A DNA stretch of 64,000 nucleotides. It comes from Gemmatimonadota bacterium. GTDB lineage: Bacteria > Gemmatimonadota > Gemmatimonadetes > Gemmatimonadales > GWC2-71-9. Below, in pieces: positions 27,773-34,452 of this stretch. Every line of letters starts with the position of its first letter. Position 1 is the stretch's first letter. A program made the position numbers and the translations under genes. The DNA is taken from NCBI GenBank assembly GCA_003222155.1, contig QHUU01000063.1:4794-68793 (forward strand), written 5' to 3'. Under the pieces are notes generated by a model. It had not been told where the DNA came from. It worked only from the letters and a program-made list of their open reading frames with translations, and made no database searches.

Positions 27773-27801
27773 TTGACAGCCTGTCTCGTCGTTCACATAC
27801 T
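27773..27801 (+). promoter_or_regulatory. Sigma-70-like promoter candidate for the USP/radical-SAM/bd-like operon
   Basis: TTGACA (27773-27778), 17-nt spacer, CATACT (27796-27801), about 20 nt upstream of the GTG at 27821. Confidence 0.4.
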
Positions 27802-27820
27802 CGCCGCGCCCAAAGGGGAG

Positions 27821-29794
27821 GTGCCGGTGTACCGCGAGATCTTCGTCCCGGTCGACAACTCGAGTCCTTCGGACTGGGCAGTCGACCGGGCCATCGAGTT
27901 GTGCCGCCAATCCGACGGCCGCATCACCGGAAACCACGTTTATGCCGCCCGCCTCCACGACGTCCGCTTTCGCCAGCTCGAAACCGGGCTCCCGGCCCGG
28001 TTCCAGACTCCCGACGAGATCAAGAAACAGCGCAAGATCCACGACAAGCTGATCGAAAAAGGCCTGCAACTGATCGCGGACAGCTTTCTCGACCAGCTGG
28101 GGAAGCGCTGCGAGGCGGCCGGCGTGCGTCTGACTCGCCAGCTGTTGGAAGGCATCAACTACGAGGAGATCGTCAACGAGGTGAACCGCGGCGCCGGCCG
28201 GCTGCCGGGGCTGATCGGCTTCGACCCCGACCGCGCGGCGGGCTACGACGGGGGCGACAAGACGCGCTCGGACGTGAAGGTGGGTGAGAATGGCCGGCTC
28301 GTGGCCGAAGACGAGGACGCGGCCGCGCGGCTTGCCGGCTCGTCGGGCCGCCAGTACGACCTGCTCGCGATCGGCGCGCACGGTCTGGGCCGTCAGCCCT
28401 ACTCGCAGCTCGGGGGCGTGGTGTCGCGCGTGCTGCGCGGCATCGAGAAGGACGTGCTGCTGGTGCGCGACGAGCGGCCGTTCGCGGGCGGGCGGTTCCT
28501 GGTGTGCGTGGACGGGTCGTCCTACGGCTATCGGGCGATGCGGCTGGCGCTCGAGCTGGCCCAGGCGTTCGGCGGGTCGCTGTTCGTGTGCAGCGCGTTC
28601 GACGTGGAGTACCACCACGTTGTGTTTCACAACATCAAGGATGTTCTCTCCTATCAAGCGTCCAAAGTCTTCAAGTTCGAGGAGCAGGAGGAGCTGCACA
28701 ACAACATCATCGACAAGGGCCTCCTGAAGCTGTGCCAGGCGAACCTGAAGCGCGCCGAGGTGATGGCGCAGGAGTTCCCCGGCGTCTCTCTCACGACGCA
28801 GATCCTGGTGGGCAAGCCGTTCCAGGTGATCATGCAGTGGGCCGAGGAGATCAAGCCGTCGCTGCTGGTGCTGGCGCGGCACGGCGCCCATCGGATCGAA
28901 GGCACCGAGCTCGGTAGCCAGGCGGAGAACCTCGTGCGGCTTGCGCCTTGCAACGTGCTGCTCGCGGGGACGGGCGGGGTGAGGCCCGAGGACATCCCCT
29001 GGATCGAGGAAGACGGGGTGGCGGGGCTGCCCTGGGCGCCGGAGGCCGAGGTGCGGATTCTGCGGGTGCCGCCGTTCGCGCAGGGGATCGCGCGCCGGGC
29101 CGTGGAGGAATACGTGCTGGAGCAGACGCACGGAGAGCCCGCGACGGTCACCAACAAGTGGCTCGACGAGGCGATCCGGAAGCTTCTGCCCACCCACATG
29201 CAGCTCATCATGGGCATCGGGACGGCCGAGGAGATCGCGCTCGCGGAAGTGAAGGCGCAGGAGCAAATGAAGGCGACGAAGGTGCATGGCTGCGACGCCG
29301 ACCCCCAGCCCCTGACCCCTGAAGTTGAAGTGAAATGCCCAGTCACGGGCGCTGTGAGCCGCCGTCCGCGCACCGCGGCCGACCCGATCGTCTGGACCGA
29401 GGAGGCCTGGCAGCGGCTGCAGCTGGTGCCCCTCATCGCCCGGCCGCTGGCGCGCAACACGGTCGAGCGGTTCGCGCGCGGGCACGACATCTGGCGCGTG
29501 AGCACCGGCGTGATGGACGAAAACAAACAGGCGATGATCGCGGCCGACGAGTTCGACGTGGACACGATGATGGTGATGTTCCAGGAGCTGCGCGCCAAGC
29601 AGATCCGCGCCGAGGCCGAAGGGCGCGATGGATTGAGTCCCGAGATGCGGGCGTTCATCGAGGAGGCGAAAGCGCAGGGGATCACGCGTTGCCCCATTCG
29701 GGACATCGAGGAAAAGATGGGGAAGTGCCCGGTCGACTTCGGGGGCCTGACGCCCGAGGAGGCGAAGCAGGCGGTGGAGAAGCTGTTGCAGTGA
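27821..29794 (+). CDS. Tandem universal-stress-protein (USP) domains fused to two PCP_red domains
   Basis: USP motifs (YREIFVPVDNS...; LLAIGAHGLGRQPYSQLGGVVSRVLRGIEKDVLLV; FLVCVDGS...LVLARHGAHRIEGTELGSQAENLVRLAPCNVLL). Then LPWAPEAEVRILRVPPFAQGIARRAVEEY and IVWTEEAWQRLQLVPLIARPLARNTVERFAR. Start at 27821 or 27827 (GTG); the ORF-track start at 27749 is unlikely. Confidence 0.8.
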   Translation: MPVYREIFVPVDNSSPSDWAVDRAIELCRQSDGRITGNHVYAARLHDVRFRQLETGLPARFQTPDEIKKQRKIHDKLIEKGLQLIADSFLDQLGKRCEAAGVRLTRQLLEGINYEEIVNEVNRGAGRLPGLIGFDPDRAAGYDGGDKTRSDVKVGENGRLVAEDEDAAARLAGSSGRQYDLLAIGAHGLGRQPYSQLGGVVSRVLRGIEKDVLLVRDERPFAGGRFLVCVDGSSYGYRAMRLALELAQAFGGSLFVCSAFDVEYHHVVFHNIKDVLSYQASKVFKFEEQEELHNNIIDKGLLKLCQANLKRAEVMAQEFPGVSLTTQILVGKPFQVIMQWAEEIKPSLLVLARHGAHRIEGTELGSQAENLVRLAPCNVLLAGTGGVRPEDIPWIEEDGVAGLPWAPEAEVRILRVPPFAQGIARRAVEEYVLEQTHGEPATVTNKWLDEAIRKLLPTHMQLIMGIGTAEEIALAEVKAQEQMKATKVHGCDADPQPLTPEVEVKCPVTGAVSRRPRTAADPIVWTEEAWQRLQLVPLIARPLARNTVERFARGHDIWRVSTGVMDENKQAMIAADEFDVDTMMVMFQELRAKQIRAEAEGRDGLSPEMRAFIEEAKAQGITRCPIRDIEEKMGKCPVDFGGLTPEEAKQAVEKLLQ

Positions 29795-31065
29795 ACCTCG
29801 TCCCGCACGTGATCGCCTGGAATCTGACCAGGCGCTGCAACCTCGAGTGCGCGCATTGCTACATCTCGGCCGGACCGAGCGAGAGCGCCGCCGCCGAGCT
29901 CGACACGGCGGCGTGCGTCGACATCGTGGACCAGCTGCTCGCGGTGAATCCCGCGCCACTCCTCATCCTGTCGGGAGGTGAGCCGTTGTTGCGGCCGGAC
30001 CTGGGCGAGATCGCCCACTACGCGTGCGCCAACGGCGCGACAGTGGTGGTCGGGACCAACGGCACGCTGCTCACCGAAGAGCGCATCGCGGCGCTCACGG
30101 ACGCCGGCGTGCGGGGCGTCGCGGTCAGCGTCGACTCGCTGCGTCCGTCGTATCACGACAACTTCCGCCACGGCAGAGGCGCTCTCGCCGATGTGCAGGC
30201 GGCGCTCGCGCGGCTGCGCGCGGCACGGCTCGACTTCATCGTGCAGACGACGGTGACCAAGGGCAACCGCGCCGAGCTGGAGCGCTTGGTGGCGTGGTCG
30301 GCAGACGAAGGGGCCGTCTCGTTCAACTGCTACTTTCTGGTGCCGACCGGCCGTGGCGCGGCGCTCTCGGACCTGACGCCGGCGGACTACGAGGCGGTGC
30401 TCGCCGACCTCGCTCGCTGGGAGGGCGCCTATCGGGGCCGCATGCTGGTGCGGGCGAAGTGCGCCCCGCATTTCATGCGCCTCGTGCATCAGACCGACCC
30501 CGAGTCCCCGGTCCTGAACTACGAGACCCGCTGTCCCTGCGGCACGCAGTACTGCCGCATCACCCCGGACGGCAAGGTCACGCCGTGCCCGTACCTGCCC
30601 GAGGTGGCCGGGGATCTGCGGTCGCAGCGCTTCGCCGACGTGTGGCGGTCGTCGCCCCTGTTCCGGCGCCTGCGGGAGGGCCCGCTGCAGGGGAAGTGCG
30701 GGGCGTGCGAGTACCGCGCGGTGTGCGGCGGGTGCCGGGCGCGCGGGTTCGCGCTCGAGGGGGACGTGCTCGCCGCCGATCCGTCGTGCCTTTATCAACC
30801 GACGGGCGACACGGCCGTCATCGAGCCGGCCCGCGCCGTGCGCTACGGCGGCGACTTTCAACCGGCGCTCGCGTGGACGCCCGCGGCGCGCGAGCGCGTG
30901 GCGCGCATCCCCTCGTTCGTGCGGGGGGTCGTGATGGAGCGGGTGGAGGCGTGGGCGCGCCGCCAGGGACGGCGCGAAGTCACACCCGAGCTGCTCGCGG
31001 AAGTGCGCCGCGCGCTGCCGATCGACTTTTCCAAGAAGCGCCCGTTCTTCGTGGCTGACAGCTGA
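29791..31065 (+). CDS. Radical SAM/SPASM enzyme (AhbC/AhbD/NirJ-like) with C-terminal PCP_red domain
   Basis: GTGA overlap with the upstream gene. CNLECAHC radical-SAM cluster motif and LILSGGEPLLRPD. SPASM cysteines CPCGTQYC ... CGACEYRAVCGGCRARG. Tail LAWTPAARERVARIPSFVRGVVMERVEAWARRQG. Confidence 0.9.
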   Translation: MNLVPHVIAWNLTRRCNLECAHCYISAGPSESAAAELDTAACVDIVDQLLAVNPAPLLILSGGEPLLRPDLGEIAHYACANGATVVVGTNGTLLTEERIAALTDAGVRGVAVSVDSLRPSYHDNFRHGRGALADVQAALARLRAARLDFIVQTTVTKGNRAELERLVAWSADEGAVSFNCYFLVPTGRGAALSDLTPADYEAVLADLARWEGAYRGRMLVRAKCAPHFMRLVHQTDPESPVLNYETRCPCGTQYCRITPDGKVTPCPYLPEVAGDLRSQRFADVWRSSPLFRRLREGPLQGKCGACEYRAVCGGCRARGFALEGDVLAADPSCLYQPTGDTAVIEPARAVRYGGDFQPALAWTPAARERVARIPSFVRGVVMERVEAWARRQGRREVTPELLAEVRRALPIDFSKKRPFFVADS

Positions 31066-32780
31066 TGACCGACGGCGCCCTGCTGCTGCAAGCCGCCGCC
31101 GACTCGACTCGCGCCTACGGCGAGTTCCCTGTGATCGGCGCGCGGGCGTTCATATGGATCACGGCCGAAGTGCACCTGATGTTCGCCGCCTTCGTGCTCG
31201 GCGTGCCGATGTTCGCCGTGGTGACGGAGGCGATCGGCATCTTCGGCGGCGACGAGCGCTACGACCGGCTGAGCAAGGAGTTCACGCGCCTCCTGCTCGT
31301 GGCGTACAGCGCCACGGCGATCTGGGGCGCGATGCTGGTGTTCGGCCTGTCGACGCTGTATCCCCGGTTCTGGGCGTACCTGACCGCGATTTTCGCGCCG
31401 TCGATGTGGGCCTACGCGGCACTGTTCCTCGTCGAGTCGTTCACGCTGTACCTCTATTACTACGGCTGGGACCGCTGGAAGAAAGGCCGGGCCAAGCTGG
31501 GCCACTGGACGCTCGGCATCCTGCTCAACCTGTGGGGCACGATCGTGATGTTCATCGCGAACTCGTGGCTCACGTACATGATGTCGCCGCCCCGGGATAT
31601 CACGCCCACCACCGACCCGACCACGATCAAGCTGTGGCACGCGATCGCCAACGCGACGTGGATGCCGATCAACGTGCACCGGGTGATCGCCAACGTCGTC
31701 TTCGGCGGCGCGATCGTGGGGGCGTATGCGAGCTATCGCTTCCTCGCGGCACAGAGCGACGAGGAGCGGGCGCACTACGACTGGATGGGCTACGTCGGGA
31801 ACTTCATCGCGATGTCGGCCCTGATCGTGCTGCCGTTCGCCGGCTACTGGCTGGGGCGCGAGATCTATCAGTACGACCAGTCGATGGGCATCACGATGAT
31901 GGGCGGGTTCATGAGCTGGTTGTGGGTGATCCAGGCGTTCCTGATCGCGGTGCTGTTCCTGACGGGGAACTACTACCTGTGGATCGGGATGGGCCGCATT
32001 CCCGGCGCGGAGCGGTTCCGGCCCTACACCAAGTACCTGCTGATCGTGCTGGTGCTCGGCGCCATCGTGTGGGGCACGCCTCACACGATGATCGCCGACT
32101 CGAAGGAGCTGGCGGCGATGGGCGGATCGCACCACCCGTTCCTGGGCGCCCTGGGCGTGATGAGCGCCAAGAACACTGCCGTGAACCTGATGATCCTGAC
32201 CACGTTCCTCTCGTTCCTGCTGTACCGGCGCGCCAACACCCGTCCGGTGGTCCCGTGGGCGCGCGGCGGGACCATCATCCAGGGGGCGATGTTCGCCCTG
32301 GCGGCCGGCGTCGTGCTGTTTTACGGCATCCGTGGCTATTTCGTCGAGGCCATCGTCCGCATCGGCTTCAGCGTGTATCAGGTGCTCGCCGTCCTGAGCT
32401 GCATCGTGTTCGTGACGGTGATCGACGTGTTGATGGCTCGCGGCGCGCAGTCGCTCGGCACGATCCAGTGGGGCAAGATGCCGCCGCGGTCGCAATACGC
32501 GCTGTTCATCCTCGCGGTGACGTTCACGTGGCTCATGGGGCTGATGGGGTTCGCCCGCTCCGGCATCCGCCAGTACTGGCACGTGTGGCAGGTGATGCAG
32601 GACACGAGCAAGTACGCCGCCACCCCGGCGCTCGGCTACGCGTCCAAGATGATCAGCCTGTGCGTGCTGATCTTTCTCACGCTCGTCGCGTTCGTGTTCT
32701 GGCTCGGCGGGCTGGCGGAGAAGTCCACGTTCGTCGCCTCCGGCGAGCGCCAGGGAGGGGGCCGCCATGTGGGCCACTAA
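31065..32780 (+). CDS. Cytochrome bd subunit-I-like (CydA-like) membrane protein, no Q-loop, no CydB partner
   Basis: 1-nt overlap (TGATG) with the radical SAM gene. CydA-like motifs VHLMFAAFVLGVP, LFLVESFTLYLYYYGWDR, KLGHWTLG, IANSWLTYMMSP, INVHRVIANV. Polytopic throughout. Confidence 0.8.
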   Translation: MTDGALLLQAAADSTRAYGEFPVIGARAFIWITAEVHLMFAAFVLGVPMFAVVTEAIGIFGGDERYDRLSKEFTRLLLVAYSATAIWGAMLVFGLSTLYPRFWAYLTAIFAPSMWAYAALFLVESFTLYLYYYGWDRWKKGRAKLGHWTLGILLNLWGTIVMFIANSWLTYMMSPPRDITPTTDPTTIKLWHAIANATWMPINVHRVIANVVFGGAIVGAYASYRFLAAQSDEERAHYDWMGYVGNFIAMSALIVLPFAGYWLGREIYQYDQSMGITMMGGFMSWLWVIQAFLIAVLFLTGNYYLWIGMGRIPGAERFRPYTKYLLIVLVLGAIVWGTPHTMIADSKELAAMGGSHHPFLGALGVMSAKNTAVNLMILTTFLSFLLYRRANTRPVVPWARGGTIIQGAMFALAAGVVLFYGIRGYFVEAIVRIGFSVYQVLAVLSCIVFVTVIDVLMARGAQSLGTIQWGKMPPRSQYALFILAVTFTWLMGLMGFARSGIRQYWHVWQVMQDTSKYAATPALGYASKMISLCVLIFLTLVAFVFWLGGLAEKSTFVASGERQGGGRHVGH

Positions 32781-33576
32781 CCTGAAGGTCGTCGGGATCG
32801 TGCTGGGGACCCTGGCACTCTATACGCTCATCGCCAACAAGATTCCGCAGGTGCAGTCCGAGGTGCCGCAAACCCTCACCCTGGGGGCGAACGTCACGCC
32901 CGAACAGCTGGTGGCGGCGGGAGAGAAGGTGTTCAACGGCATCGGCGGCTGCCCCACCTGCCACGGGCTCGGCACGCGCGCGCCCAATCTCCTCACGGAC
33001 GAGAAGGGCACCGGACCGATCGGCGCCCGCTGCGGCAAGCGGGAAGCCGGCAAGAGCTGCAAGCAGTATCTGTACGAGTCGCTCGACAATCCGACCGCGT
33101 TCGTCGTGACGGGCTATCAGCCGATCATGCCGGTCATGACCAGGCAGCTCTCGCCAGAGCAGATCTGGTCGGTGATCGCCTTCTTGGAGTCGCAGGGCGG
33201 CACCGTGGACGTAACAGGGGACGACGTAGCCAAAGCGAAGCAACTGACCCCGGGCGCAAGCCCGGCGAATTCGGGAGGTAGTCCTGGTGGTGGGGCCTTT
33301 GCCGCCGGCAGCACGGACCCCAAAGCCATCATCCAGGCGGCGGGGTGCCTCGCGTGCCACAAGCTCGACGGCCAGGGACAGGTGATCGCGCCCGATCTCA
33401 CGCATGTGGGCGCGCGCCGGGACGCGGAATCGATCCGCAAGAAGATCCTGGATCCGGCGTCGTCGATCGCGAAGGGCTACGAGAAGCTCGCCGGGATCAT
33501 GCCCAAGACGTTCGGCACCATGATGAGCGCCGCGCAGCTCGAAGCGCTGGTGCAGTATCTGGCGGGGCACAAGTGA
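32767..33576 (+). CDS. Membrane-anchored dihaem c-type cytochrome
   Basis: N-terminal TM segment and two CxxCH motifs (CPTCH, CLACH), each followed by a Met-containing distal region. 14-nt overlap with the upstream gene. Confidence 0.85.
   Translation: MWATNLKVVGIVLGTLALYTLIANKIPQVQSEVPQTLTLGANVTPEQLVAAGEKVFNGIGGCPTCHGLGTRAPNLLTDEKGTGPIGARCGKREAGKSCKQYLYESLDNPTAFVVTGYQPIMPVMTRQLSPEQIWSVIAFLESQGGTVDVTGDDVAKAKQLTPGASPANSGGSPGGGAFAAGSTDPKAIIQAAGCLACHKLDGQGQVIAPDLTHVGARRDAESIRKKILDPASSIAKGYEKLAGIMPKTFGTMMSAAQLEALVQYLAGHK
33244..33265. repeat. REP-like element family A, partial copy 4, embedded in the cytochrome c inter-domain linker
   Basis: CTGACCCCGGGCGCAAGCCCGG is identical over 22 nt to 45522-45543. 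It is translated as ..LTPGASPAN.. Confidence 0.6.
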
Positions 33577-34391
33577 CCGCACCCGCGCTGCGGCGCTCCG
33601 CCACGCACCCGTTCTGGCAGGCGGTGGGAATTCTCGTTATCGCCTACATCGTAGTCGTGTGGGTGGTGCCGCTGCTCCCGGGCAGCGCCATCGTCCCGAA
33701 GAGCGTGGTGCTCCAATACATGGTCACGGTGCTGGTCGGCGTGCTCATCTACGTGAGCGACAACGAGGAACGTTGGGCCCGCTTCAAAGAGCCGATCGAG
33801 GCCGTGCTGGCCGAGCCGCGGCTCCGGGTGGTGCGGGCCGTGCTGCTCGTCGTGGTGACGGCGCTGGTCGGGCTCGTGGCGTACGGGCAGGTGGCCACCA
33901 CCGTCGCCGCCCCACCCAATCTCCGCTCGATCCACCCCGCCCCGCCCGCGGAAATCACGTTCCGGGGCAGGTCGATCACGCTGACAGGGCTCGAGAACCC
34001 GCTGCGCGCGCACCCGGAGTCGCTCGCCCTCTACCTGGCCGAGGGGAAGGGCGTCTACTACCGCAACTGCCTGCCCTGTCACGGGGACCACCTCGACGGT
34101 CAGGGGCACTTCGCATCGGGGTTCAATCCACTGCCGGCGAACTTCCAGGACAACGGCACCATCGCCCAGCTCACGGAGAGCTTCGTGTTCTGGCGCGTGG
34201 CCAAGGGCGGGCCGGGTCTGCCGCGTGAGGGCACGCCGTGGAACTCGGCGATGCCGAAGTGGGAGGACTTTCTCACGGAGCGCGAGATCTGGTCGGTGAT
34301 CCTGTTCCTGTACGATCAAACCGGGTGGACTCCACGAACCTGGGAGAAAACGGGGACGGGGGACGGGGGACGGGGGACGGGGCATGATTGA
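33573..34391 (+). CDS. Polytopic membrane-anchored monohaem c-type cytochrome
   Basis: GTGA overlap with the upstream gene. Three or four TM segments, then CLPCHGDHLDG and a ...NSAMPKWEDFLTEREIWSVILFLY cytochrome c fold. Confidence 0.8.
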   Translation: MTAPALRRSATHPFWQAVGILVIAYIVVVWVVPLLPGSAIVPKSVVLQYMVTVLVGVLIYVSDNEERWARFKEPIEAVLAEPRLRVVRAVLLVVVTALVGLVAYGQVATTVAAPPNLRSIHPAPPAEITFRGRSITLTGLENPLRAHPESLALYLAEGKGVYYRNCLPCHGDHLDGQGHFASGFNPLPANFQDNGTIAQLTESFVFWRVAKGGPGLPREGTPWNSAMPKWEDFLTEREIWSVILFLYDQTGWTPRTWEKTGTGDGGRGTGHD

Positions 34392-34452
34392 CGGGCTTCT
34401 GGTCCTCGCGCTCCTCGCACCACTCGTCCCCCGTCCCCCTTCCCTCGTCCCG
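34351..34452. repeat. (GGGGACG)x4 heptamer array plus inverted (CGTCCCC-like)x4 array forming a long hairpin over a gene junction
   Basis: Left arm 34352-34379 is four exact GGGGACG units. Right arm 34425-34452 is CGTCCCC CGTCCCC CTTCCCT CGTCCCG. The 42-nt loop holds the ATG at 34384 and the TGA at 34389-34391. Confidence 0.8.

Noticed and set aside
27719-32777. Three long minus-strand ORFs (27719-29959, 28654-30861, 30858-32777)
   Set aside because: They are antisense to the USP/PCP_red, radical SAM and bd-like genes, all of which have clear motifs on the plus strand. The minus-strand translations are Arg/His/Pro-rich.
34351-34452. Heptamer arrays considered as a CRISPR array
   Set aside because: The units are 7 nt and directly tandem with no spacers, and no cas genes are present. 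This is not a CRISPR array.
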